Notes under the pieces: generated by a model | What the model saw: only the letters and a program-made list of their open reading frames with translations | What the model was told of the DNA's origin: nothing | The model's database searches: none | Assembly: GCA_010405405.1 (NCBI GenBank) | Contig: MU004243.1 | Location: 925,340 to 989,339, forward strand | Direction of reading: 5' to 3' | From: Microthyrium microscopicum | Lineage: Eukaryota | DNA length: 64,000 bases | Position numbers and translations under genes: made by a program | In this document: positions 51,322 through 63,135 of the stretch, piece after piece | Position numbering within the stretch: the first letter of the stretch is position 1 | How the letters are laid out: each line of letters begins with the position of its first letter

Positions 51322-52689
51322 ATGTTCCGGGCGGCTTTATCAGGGTGTATGTGGCTGCTGAGAAACGGCTGGAAGACTTTCAAACTGCTCTTTCTACTAT
51401 CTTTGCCCCTGACTGCTCTCCCAATCTTCATCGGCATCCTCAATGGTATCTATTTTGCTTTGTGGAATGATGCCGAAATCAGGCGTAACAGCGACACATA
51501 TCTGTATGAGATCAGAGATCATCTCAGGGACTGGGGATACCGGGACTACTCTTTCCGGGCTTTCTCCGACACCCACAACTACATGAACCTCATGAGACTC
51601 AACACTAACGACTGGGCTTCCAAACTTGGCTTTATACTGCCGCGGGAGTACACTGAGTTAGCATATGAGGTTGATCCGCCGATTAGCAAATATGCAGACT
51701 TGGAGACTTTAATGTATTTTGCGAACGACCCTGCGCTATGCGAGCCGGACAAGAGAGCGCCGAAAGAGCAGTGGGTTTGGATCACGGAGTGGGGTTGGCC
51801 GTTGATTGATGATTGGGATGCGGCGCTTGTAGCTGCCATGTCGGAGATCAATCCTTCGAAAATGAATCAAACGCGAATATTCTTTGTCAGCAACCGCGAG
51901 GGTTCGGGCAGTGGGACTGGTGGTTTTTTGGCTGGTGTATGGGCAGTACGAGCGCCTACGCTGATGCACTTTGTCATTGAGGACGAGGCACCAGAGCCAG
52001 AAGACATACCATCAGGAGTGACTTATGCTGCTGATCTCAAGGACCTTCGAAGAGTTACTACACGTGTGATTGACTTACCGCTCGCGGACGCTTATACCGG
52101 CCTACCATCAAAGACATTTCCTGGGAAGAAGGAGCAGATACTGTCCATCATGAATGGAGATAGATTGTGGGAGCAATTCGAGCCCTGGAACGAACTACAG
52201 CAAATGCTTAACCGGTTCAACGAACACAATGAGATAGTCTTCGATCGAAAGGGTACAATCAACTATTATATCGGAGAGACCGACGACTGGATCACCGACA
52301 ACATCCATGAGCGACTTGGTTTGGTGGCCTTGATGGATGGAGTGAGCCAAATGTTCTTCTTGACTGGCTGGTTGTCGATGCGAGGCTTGGTTCTATTTCC
52401 TTGGAACTTGGGTAAAGAAATGATCATGGAATACTTAGGGCATCCCAAGCGTGGCGACGTGATTGTGGGGGATCTGTCCACACGGAAGCGCGTCAATCCG
52501 TTGGATTTTCTCATGGATGGTATGAGCGATGAGTTGAAGAAGCTGTGGGCAGACGCGGCTGCTAAAGAAAATAACGAGAAGATTTGGCCTGGAGGGTCAA
52601 TGAGTACCAGCTCAACAATGGGAGAAGGACCTATCAAATCTTCTATCACAACTACTGCTTCCGGTGCTCCCACGGAGGCAACTTTTTAG
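51322..52689 (+). CDS. Hypothetical membrane-anchored protein, 455 aa
   Basis: Long intronless ORF with an N-terminal hydrophobic segment and a second one near the C-terminus. No confident family. Confidence 0.6.
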   Translation: MFRAALSGCMWLLRNGWKTFKLLFLLSLPLTALPIFIGILNGIYFALWNDAEIRRNSDTYLYEIRDHLRDWGYRDYSFRAFSDTHNYMNLMRLNTNDWASKLGFILPREYTELAYEVDPPISKYADLETLMYFANDPALCEPDKRAPKEQWVWITEWGWPLIDDWDAALVAAMSEINPSKMNQTRIFFVSNREGSGSGTGGFLAGVWAVRAPTLMHFVIEDEAPEPEDIPSGVTYAADLKDLRRVTTRVIDLPLADAYTGLPSKTFPGKKEQILSIMNGDRLWEQFEPWNELQQMLNRFNEHNEIVFDRKGTINYYIGETDDWITDNIHERLGLVALMDGVSQMFFLTGWLSMRGLVLFPWNLGKEMIMEYLGHPKRGDVIVGDLSTRKRVNPLDFLMDGMSDELKKLWADAAAKENNEKIWPGGSMSTSSTMGEGPIKSSITTTASGAPTEATF

Positions 52690-53950
52690 CCTTACTCTGC
52701 CAATATGCTAATCGAAAATTGGTTGATCAAACGCAACTTGAACATTACAGCACGCCCTGGAGGCTTTTCAATCACAACAGCCCATACAAATTGAGATACA
52801 ATGTGACACCTGACACTGGTCTATTTAATCCTGGAGCGGAAGCAGCTAAGATATATGAGGACTTCATTCAAGCCAATTGGGAAGCTCAAGCGCAGAATCC
52901 GGAAGGTATGCCAGATTTGTGTAGCATGCCAGCACAAGTATCGACTCGCAGAACAAATCGACCACATTACATATCTTGCCCAAATGCGCATCGGTGACTT
53001 TGGAGTAATGAATCTTCTTAACACCAATCTAACGCTCAAATGGACCAAGCCCAAAGCTGTAATGACACCCCCATCTGTCAGCCAAAGGACTTCTTCCGCT
53101 TTGGTATCGAAAAGTAGGCATTGCATACTAGCAACTCAACCGCCCCGTAGATTACTCCGGCAACAACAGTCCAAAAGCATCATGACCTTCCAAACAGAAG
53201 TTCCACCAGACGTAGAGAATCATCATCAACTGTGTCGGGAATTCTTGGTTTGAAACCGATGTCTCTGCGTGGATGGAACGATGGCTAAGGAAGAAGTGGG
53301 GGCGTCAAGATGAGGACCAGCTTGTTGTACTGCTTGATGCTCAGGTCGACGCGGTTGAAAACATCTCTAGACTTTGGGCCGGGATACTAAATGTTTCACG
53401 ATAGCGAGGCTCCGGGTGCCATGAAACAATGCCACTGGTTGGGAGGCCGCCTGTCAGAGAGAACATGACAGAGCAAGGCTAGTCTACCGCGATAGATGTT
53501 GAGTTTCGATGCGAGCTGTTCTATCTTTGTGTTTAGCCATTTCCGGTAACATTGTCACAAACTCAGGTACCAACACTTACCGAACTTTGACGCCAGCAAA
53601 TTGTCCTTCACAGCTTGATGTTTTGTCTGCCGCTTTGAAGTTCGGATTCAACGAGCGAATGAGATGCTTGAATTGACTCTATATTTCCCGACGGAGATCG
53701 ATACTTTGGAAGCAGTGCAGTTCAAAGAGAACTACTCGGTAGGAAGAATTAAGACTCTACTGGATGCCTGGCGAGTTCTGCGTAGTAGTAGCTCCTATCC
53801 ATTAGCACACAAACTTGCTCCTGCCATTTAGCGTCCAATGGAAAGCTCTTGCCTACAATTTGCATGGCTACCGTCGCAATATTCGTATATAGCCCTTGAA
53901 GGTACCAAGTAGTATTATACAAAATTTCTAAATTTCCTCCAGATTATAAG

Positions 53951-54862
53951 CTACGCTAACTCGGGCAAAGTAAGTTCCCTTTGCGTAGGTAGCTCGAGAG
54001 GGAGACCAGAGTATTGAACTGGAGCCGGAGACGAACCGAATTTGTAACGCAAATCCGATGTGGGCGGCATAAACATTTGACCTGTACCAACATTCTTCTT
54101 TCGGTTTCTCCTCCATAGGAAAAAACAAGCAACAGCTGTTATTATAGCAATTATGTTGACTGTCACCACTATGCCTGCGATAGCACCGCCAGATAGAGAT
54201 GTAGACGCGGATTTTTGGGTTGTAAGGGAAGAGGCAGATGTCGTTGGATTGACATTGGATGCTGTTGTGGCAACTGTGCTACTGACGGACTCGACAGATG
54301 TCGATATTGTTGGAACGGCCCAGCCTCTAGATACTATCGTCGTAACAACAACGTTTATTAAGGTAGGTTGCGCAGTGGCGGCTTGTTTGGCCACAGAGGC
54401 CATTGAGGACGCGGCTATTGAGTTGATATTGTGATTAGGATTGTCAAAGTTCGTCCAGCAGTTGTTCACCTGGAGTCGGTTTTGGGTGCAGCTCGAATAT
54501 TGGCCATTGCAACACCAGTGGACTTTGCCCGAGCCTATATCACTACAAGCGACCTGATTGACGCCTGGAAAGGCATCGCCGCCGCCTGTGCACTGATTGC
54601 CAGTGTTCCAACATATTCTGTTCGCATGAATATCAGCATACACAACTATTTGAATGGAAGAAGACCCTTATCTGGGTTACTATACTCACCCATCACCTGC
54701 AGGGCATGAATATACTTGATTAGCCGTAGGACCGTATGCGCATAGACTTCCTTTCGCTTCAAAGTCCGAACCAACTTCAAGACTAGCATTTCCCCATTGG
54801 CAGTTTCCTGTCAGACTGATGAAGAATATAGGAAGGGCGACAGGATTTGTGAGTTGGGCCAT
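53951..54862 (-). CDS. Single-pass cell-surface protein (Cys-rich ectodomain, Ser/Thr stalk, TM, short cytoplasmic tail)
   Basis: Cys-rich domain, S/T-rich region, LSGGAIAGIVV TM, RRNRKK stop-transfer and ELP tail motif. Intron donor near 54689; start uncertain. Confidence 0.7.
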
Positions 54863-55668
54863 GGTCAAGACTGAACACAGAATGAGGATGAAAATAAGAT
54901 TTGGTAAATAAGGCAGGATTGCTTGTCACGCCGATCGAAGACATTTTTGCGTCTCCTATTTGAGCACAGACTGGATGTATACTTGATATCGAATCTCTTC
55001 GCGGCGAAGACAAATCTGCCAAATTGCGGCACAGTCAATTTCTTTTGCGGCGAGACAATGTGGTCAAAGAATTTATGTCACGGCCGCGAGGTACATGTTG
55101 ATGGAAACTGGATTCCATAGATTTCAAGGGAATTACACTATTTCGAAGGACCTCTGGATTTCTACCTAAGAGGGTGTTTCTGTGGGTTTATATAGCTAAA
55201 TACAGGTGCTGTTGGGTGCCTAAAAGGGGCAAAAATAGGGGCTTGAAAACAGGGGGTGAAACTGGCTAAAACGTGTCCTTGTATGTTCTGTCACATGTTC
55301 TGGTAGGTACCGCTCAGTCTTTACCAAGACGCAGAAAGGTCGTGATAGTTGATAAATATGGCTCATTCTGCTCAACAACCTGTCTTGCGACATTGAGACG
55401 AATCTTTAGTTGAAAGTTCTAGATGTGAAAGTTTCATGTTGGATTGTGGATTGTTATAAGCTTCGCGGCAAAATGTACGTGAAGTTGGAAAAAGCAAAAA
55501 CGTGGCGTCCGGGATATGACAACAAGCGCGTGAAGTTTGTGGAGCGAAACGCGCTTGCCAACCTCTCTCACGATCTTCCAATCTTGAGCGACCGCGTCCA
55601 GCATTGCAAGTTACCAATTGGCTGATCTTCGCGATTGGTCATGATTCTGCTTCAGTTGTAGAGCAATC

Positions 55669-58156
55669 ATGTCCAAGAAATTCTTCCGTATGGCTACCTC
55701 AGCGGCCGCTGAAGGCTTGGGTTTAGGCCTGGGATATCAGGGCGGGTCTACTCTCAAGGAGTTAGCCATTGGTGTGCCCAAGTATGTCTATGAGGCGACT
55801 TGGGGCCCATTTGCAGAGGGATTAGGCATCAGAGAACCTCAAGAGCTAGGCGCTTCTTCGGTAAAAGACAAGCCCGAGGATGTAGTCGAAGAGCCGCCGG
55901 TAGGTCAAAAGGATAAATGGTTTGGAGGTTCAGCATGCTAATCTACAAGAACAGAAAAACACAAGAAATAAGATTACCACTTCACCATACGAGTACTCGG
56001 AATTACCTCCCGGTGACCAGCGCAAGTGCGCTAGGTTCTTGGAGATATTACCAGGAACCGCGCAGGACGACATCAATTGTCAGCTTCATCAGCACTATCT
56101 GGACAATGCCCCGCCATATGAGACATTATCATATTGCTGGGGAACGACAGCGAATAGAACACCCGTTCAAATCGATGGGTCCACACTTTATATCACCAAG
56201 AACCTTCGGCGAGCGCTGTTCCACCTTCGGCATGAAACTCAATCTCGATTGATGTGGGTGGATGCCATTTGTATCAACCAAAATGATCTTCCAGAACGTG
56301 CCGAACAGATAACCATCATGCGCGATCTCTATCGCTCCTCGACACAAACTGTTATTTGGATACACCAAGGAAACGAGGAACTAGCTGGAGCACTGGACAA
56401 ATGCATCGAGCTCGCGGAATTGGCGCGCGCTGACCAGTCGGTTTTGATCGGATCAGGACCCGGGAAAGACGAGACTTCGAAGGCTAGGAGTGACTCCGAG
56501 TTTGCAGATAAAATGTACGGTCTTACTGAAGACCCGATCGATGCTTTGTTACTAACCCCTTGGTTTTCTCGGGTCTGGGTAGTCCAAGAGTTGGTCTTAT
56601 CTAAGCGACGTACGCTACTCCTGGGCAATGAACAACTAGATTGGGACACATTCTGCATCGCTCTTGAGTATGGCGTCAGCCAAGACATTTGGAAGCGTCA
56701 AGAGCTAGGTTACATACGGCAACCTTTGTTCGACCAATTCTACTCATTACGCGGCATTGATACTAGTATACACTCGACAGTCTTCGAGGGTAAGGATCCA
56801 GCAGGTAAGCTGCTCGACATCCTGATCAAACTACGCGTGAGAGCGGCCACAGATCCCAGAGACAAGGTATTTGGCATCCTAGGCATTATACCAGCTGTTG
56901 ACGACATTGGTATTGTGGCCAATTATGAATCCGACGTTGCGGAAGTATACAAGAAAACTGCTCAGCAGATCATTCATTCGTCAGGATCTCTGGATGTTTT
57001 GGGCGTGGCGAATACCAATCAGCATGAGAACGCCATAGCGTTACCACTGTGGTGTCCAGATTGGAGCATAGAGAAGATCATTGCAGCACCTTTTTGCACC
57101 CTGAAGCCTAGAGATGGGGAATATGACGCTACATCTGGATCACGGGCTTCCGTCATATTTGTGGACGATGAGCTCATTATAGAAGGATATCTGTTCGATA
57201 CCATCGCGGAAGTTGCCGACGTGCTTCCGGATATGAATGACGATCCTTGGGGAGCAATAAGTACACCCGTTTCCAGTACAGCTACTAGTATGAAGGACGA
57301 CTCGGAAAATGAAAATGACGAGGAAGAGGAAGAGGACAATCAGGACAGCGGCCAGGATGAGCCCGAAGCATCTGAACGTGGTGAAGAAGAAACTGATGCA
57401 ACGGAGAGTGACGTGGCAGAACGTGATGAAGCTGATGCAGATGTCGTTGACAGCGATGGAGAAGAAAAGCAAGCCAAAGCAAGCGAAGCAAAAGCAAGCG
57501 AAAGTGCCGAAAACCAAGAATACGAGGGCAACCAAACAAGTAGCGACAAAGAACCAACCGAACTAGCACCAGAAGAACGTAAAGAGAGTACCATCGCAGA
57601 GGACTTCGACACTATGTACACTAATCTTGTCGCCATAACCGCCCATCTCGCAGTGTTTGTACATTGGGAGAGATTCGCCCAACCTGAGCCAGCGAAGGAT
57701 ATTGCCAAAACTGTATACCTCAACGACTATATTAGGACTATAACCGCCGGTATGCTGAATGAACCCACAGATGAGTTTACTGAATGGCGTCGTTCTCTCG
57801 ATCCAGTTCGCAGACTTATGCGATGGGGTATGGATTCCTGGCCTCGCATGTTCAAGCTGATGGGCTTCGTTGGCTACGTGCGCCGTACGTGGCATAAACT
57901 ACCCGCGTTTTCTGCGAAGCTAGAGCACTTACCACTCCGTCGGCTTGCGAGAACACAGCAAGGGAATCTATGTCTGGTGCCCGCGGCAACTCAAATTGGA
58001 GATGGAGTCTGGCTTTGTCGCGGTGGGAAAGTACCGCTGGTGCTGCGCAAAGAGAGTGAAGGCACCTCAAGATTGGTAGGAGAGGCATATGTGAATGGAA
58101 TCATGGGTGGCGAGGCGTGGGATGAGGGGCGTCTCGGACAACTTAACTTGATATGA
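55669..58156 (+). CDS. HET-domain protein (het-6-like)
   Basis: Exons 55669-55899 and 55955-58156. YETLSYCWG, WVDAICINQ, WFSRVWVVQE, ATDPRDKVFGILG, LPLWCPDW and GEAYVNGIMGGE. Confidence 0.9.
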
Positions 58157-58456
58157 ATGCTTGATATTATGGTATGTACCTAGGTAGCTACAATTACGTC
58201 AAGATCTTTTTATTCTATGAGTTGCAAACAAAACGGTCAACTGCACCATAATTCCCGGAGATGAGTTGCCAGCATTGCTTAACAATCAGAGTGAACAGCT
58301 CGAACCCAATCTTCAGAGTTCATAATAATACAGGTCGGAGTAGGGCAATACCAACCGCAAACATTGCTTCAAGTTCCATGTCAGCCAAAGCTCACTTGTC
58401 CGGCATAAGACCTTCGGGCAAGTATCCGGGATCCTCAGCTTCATAGGGACCCTATT

Positions 58457-58863
58457 CTAACTTCTTATACTCGGGCGGCCTAGAGAACAAGTAATTTCTG
58501 CTCCCTTGGAAGTGCCGCGGACTATCCCATGTCGAATCTTGATCGTAGTTGGCTGCTGATCGTCGAGGAGTTGACATATGGGTGAGCTGTTGTAGGATAT
58601 GCGTGAGGCATAATCAGGGTCCAAACGAAAATCGAAGCGCTGGTCGATACCGCAGAAGTCTGGTGCCAAATAAGACACGATTCTGAAGACTATCTCGGTT
58701 GGCAATCGACGCGCAACGTGAGCTAGAAAGATATTGGTCTTTGGGTCGTGGGGTACATTCCAGTGTACGATTGATAATCATCAGGCGATGGAACAGATGA
58801 ATGATTTTGAGTGCCGACTTCTGCCAATATGTCTAAACCTGTACAGGGGTTTAGGATTGACAT
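58457..58863 (-). pseudogene. Possible F-box-like gene relic
   Basis: RLPTEIVFRIVSYL resembles an F-box start. It is out of frame with the upstream ORF at about 58725 and truncated downstream. Confidence 0.3.
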
Positions 58864-59731
58864 TGATAGAAGATTGATGTCGAACTTACGATCTTGAGGC
58901 TCCGTTGAGGATGCGGGTGGATTTCCGGCGAAATGGCAAGCGGAGGGAGAACTGAGATGGTATTTGTGATCTGGGAGTCTGAGAGAGAACGATGAGGGGT
59001 CCAATGATGAAGGAGATGTGGAATTGGTATGGATGGAAGACAAATCGAGTCTTAAACAACCAGTAGACTTTCAGCATGGCGACCTCGAGACAGGTGAAAG
59101 TTAAGGAGACTTCGAGGTGGTTGTCTCGACATGACCTTCCTCCAGTAGCTCTTCCGGACGCGGAATAAAGCCGGTGATATCAGTCATCTCAAACTAATGA
59201 GCCGCCGTATATCAGGTGGCCACCACAAATAAAAACCAATAACGGTGTCTGAAAGCTCGAAGTTTTACACTTGACGTTGCTCGTCATGCGTCAAATAGTG
59301 CAGTCGCATAGCGTGTAAGTGTTCCGACATTTGCAGCAAAACCAGCAGGACGGTGTGCTAATGCGCTCTTGGTGTTTCTATATACGTAGCTTTATCTCAA
59401 CTCCAACAAGGACGGTCTCTGATGTTCTGATTGCGAAGAATGGGTTTCCGTGTGCCGAAGGTATTTGAGTTGACCTGGAGCTTGTGTCTGTCAGGAGGTA
59501 CATACGTAGTGACCAAAAGGATTACAAGTCGACGATTTGCTGGTTGACCAATTTGCCTTTTTTGCTGGAATGTATTTATATAAAATGGGGGATACAGAAT
59601 GCCTTCAAGAGCTCGGTTCTAGGATCAGTGTAAGACAGAACAAAACAATCTCTGGTAACGCTCTGTTGGAACCCTGGAACTACAGGTTTGCAATACTTCA
59701 ACACAGAATTGAGCTGAAGTGTCCCTTCAAG

Positions 59732-60802
59732 ATGGCCCGTAAGCATTCCAAGGTTGCTAATCAATTGCTGGCCATATACTGACCAGAAAACCGCCAGAAA
59801 AATACGACTTGTACAATTTGGGCGCTTCAAGCGAACAGCCCCCGCTAGACAGCCGTCACCTTATCGAAGTCAAGAAAGCATCAAACAAGGGAAGGGGCAT
59901 TTTCGCGAAGGCGGCGTTGCCTCGTGGCACCCGCGTTGTCGCAGAATCTCCTCTACTCTCCCCGAACACTCAGGGCAGCCTTCGCACACCGATAAATCTA
60001 GAACAGTTATTCCAGGCGCTTCCAGAAGACAAGCAGAGTGCATACGTACAGCTCTATGGAGACGCAGGAGATTTTGTGAAGCAAATAGTTGACGAGGATT
60101 TCGAGACTGAATTAGGTCGCAAATTAAGTGCGATTTATTACCTGAATAGGATAGAGGATGATCTCCTGTGGCTCGGATCTATTTTCAATCATTCCTGTAT
60201 TCCAAACATTTGCTATACGCACAATGCGGCAACCAAGAAGTACACGTTTCAGACCATTCACGCTGTTGAGGCGGGGGAAGAGCTCACAATCTCGTATCTG
60301 GGAGGCGTAATCGAGTCAAGAGAAAAGAGACAGGACGAATTCGGTCGTCAATGGAACTTTCACTGTCTATGTCAAGCTTGTACAGATGACGCAAAGGAAC
60401 AACAGCTAGTGGATCTTATATTACTTTGGAAAAAGCATGAAGCCGACGTGAAGAACCGCCAATCTTACAAAGAAAGGCTACCAACACTTCAAAGTCTGGC
60501 AAGATTGACACTATCCTCGGGACTGGTGGGCGCCGAACTCAGCACTTGGTAATGGCTCAATTATTCGTGTAGCTCAGTTGGCTAATGTGTTCAGCTACGA
60601 GAAAAATGCCAAGAATAGCGCAATGAGTGGAGAGGTTACAATGGCAAAGCTGTGGACGCAACGGGAAGCAGAAGTGGTAAAGTATTGCATAGGTGAGGAT
60701 AACCCAGTATACAAAGAATTGGCTGTGTCGCTGGATGAACTGATCAAGGCTGAAGCAAGCAAGCAACCTTTCCACATTGATCAATTAACAAGATGGAAGT
60801 AG
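59732..60802 (+). CDS. SET-domain lysine methyltransferase-like protein
   Basis: KGRGIFA, FNHSCIPN, GEELTISY and post-SET FHCLCQAC. Introns 59739-59797 and 60549-60594; start uncertain. Confidence 0.85.
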
Positions 60803-61134
60803 AAAGCGAACTGGAAGAACTGCTTGTCGTGGACACACAGTATGTGGCCCTGGATCCATTCATATTTTCCGCTCAATGTGTGTTTCTGATGTTGTTATTA
60901 TATGAACTCTTGATTTGAAATCGAGTTAGTACGCGGTTATGTAGCAATCCAAAAACTTGTTGATCATCTGAGCTTTGAAGATCCTGAAGGATTTCGCCAG
61001 TTCGAATATATGACTCTGCGCCCCTTCGTCTGAGAATGCTCAGAGTAAAACATAATATCTTCCACAATTTCACCGAATACGATTGACTTGCGACCAGAGA
61101 ACTTACAAAGAGCCATGGCAGCCAGCAAAGCGAA

Positions 61135-61641
61135 ATGCACAGCCTTGTTCAACCCTCATCCCTGGTTGATCCACCAACCTCAGGCACCATCTTGCTGTCC
61201 AGGCTCCTCCCAGTTCTAGACCAACTCTCCGAGGACCCAAGCATGCTATCGACGATGTTTAAGCCTGGTGCCGCAATTATCAATAATGCTACGCCGCCAC
61301 AGCATCCTGATCCACCTCAGGATGTTGACGATGTAGGCAAGCGCAAACGGGGGATACGCGCCACCTTACTCAAAGAGATACGCCGTGAGATCCGACGAGT
61401 TTATGACATTGAGATCGATAATGAACACAGGATAGTCCTCTACGACAGCAAGAATACGTACACGTTCATTGTACCGGAAGGTGTGGATGGAGATGCAGTG
61501 ATGTGTGAGGCTGGAGCGGCGGAGCTAGAGCGGGTACCAGAAGGGGTTGAAGCTGGTGTCGGGGGGTGGTGGGTTACGGAGTATCGGTCATGGCATGATG
61601 CTCAGGTTATCAAGCATAAACGAGCCGAGTTGGGACTGTAA
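61135..61641 (+). CDS. Hypothetical protein
   Basis: 168-aa ATG ORF with protein-like composition. No family recognised. Confidence 0.4.
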   Translation: MHSLVQPSSLVDPPTSGTILLSRLLPVLDQLSEDPSMLSTMFKPGAAIINNATPPQHPDPPQDVDDVGKRKRGIRATLLKEIRREIRRVYDIEIDNEHRIVLYDSKNTYTFIVPEGVDGDAVMCEAGAAELERVPEGVEAGVGGWWVTEYRSWHDAQVIKHKRAELGL

Positions 61642-62143
61642 ATTGTAGAGCACGAAACGAGAAGGAATGAAGTTGAGAAGAGTCGCGTGGTTGGGTAGTT
61701 GGACCTAGCCTGATATGGAATGGTGGCGCTTTGCGTTTCAACCCTTTCCTTACTTCACATCTTCTTTCTGCAACTTGCTTCCAACAATCATCGAGATCAT
61801 TCTGAAGCTTCCTTCCCTGGTCGCCGAGAGGTACAATTTGACTTTACACTTGCAAGTTGTGACACAAACGAACGAATGTTTGCCCAAAATGCCTCCAATT
61901 ACGTCCGTCGAGCTGTGCTGAACTAGCTGACAACAAAAGTGTTACTTCGAAAAGGGAGTATGATCGTGCAGTAAGATTAATATCATTAGGATGGCTGTCT
62001 GCGATGTGTATCAAGATATAAATCTAGAAAGGTTTGCCAAAGAGACAATCTGATATCCCCTAAGAGAACCCAAAGAACCACCAGACAGACCCAGAAGTCC
62101 GAGAAAATCAATAACTCCAACGCCCTAAACGCCGCCACCACCC

Positions 62144-63135
62144 TCACCTACCCCGACAGACTTCCGTTTCCCCATGTTCATGATACGCGCACATGCCTCG
62201 TAGCCAAGGCTTGCACTCCTTCTCCGCCAGCGTCCAGTCAAGCGCACCACCGCTCTCGCCCCGTACAATACACAGACAGCAAAAAGCCTTCTCGCAGACC
62301 ACACACATGTTCGCGCTGACCAGCGGCTTGATGACTGTACTGCATACAGCACAAGCCTTAGTCGCCGGCCAAGCACTCGGTCTCCAAGGACGCACATCAT
62401 GCCGTTTCAATGACACATAACCCGGTCGCTTGAGTTTGCATACAAGCTCTCTGAGGAAAGAAGGATGCCACTCATCCGGATGCGTCGCGACCAAATTATC
62501 CGTCTTCTTGAACGCAAAAAGGTCCAGGATCAGCCTCCGGATCGGCGCATTATCACGTATCGTCTCGTACAGAATATAAGTATCGCTCGGCGTAGGCACA
62601 CTATTCGTACGCTCAGCGAGCTCAGCCATCCGATCCACAATCGCATTCCTCATGCCCTCTATCGTCAACCGATCTGCCAAACTGTAGATATCCAGCAGCG
62701 CGAAATAGGTCGGTTTGCCGTCTTTGTAGAAATATTCGGTGTTTTCTAGTCGTTGGGTATAGAACCAGAGGACGACGTGCTCGAAATGCTTGGGCTCGAC
62801 GTCGGCGAGTGTGACGGTTTGAGAGGTGGCTTCGGCGAAGGAGCCGTTGAGGGCGGCGGCGAAAAAGGGAGAGTGAGTGCAGAGGAGTTCTTTGTGCATT
62901 AGGAAGGGTGTGCTTTGGGGTCCGACGAGGACGCGGGCGGTGGCTTCAAAATCTTTGAATTGGGTGCTGTGGAGTTGTTAGTGGTGGAGGGCCGGAGATG
63001 GCACTGGTGATAGGAGACTTACCGGAAGCAAAATTGGTGGTTGCGCACTTGGAGACGACTTGACTTTCTTGGTTCTCTTGGTGTGTCTGCCATTTCCATG
63101 GGTGCTATGGGCACCAATGCGTTCCGGTCGACCAT
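62144..63135 (-). CDS. BTB/POZ-domain protein with Cys-rich zinc-finger-like C-terminus
   Basis: VLVG..HKELLCTHSPFFAAALNGSFAEA..VTL..VLWFY, then CAVC...CVVC...CCLC and CAYHEH. One intron at about 63021-62968. Confidence 0.85.

Noticed and set aside
55210..55272. G/A-run stretch resembling a transposon end
   Set aside because: No matching inverted partner or TSD found.
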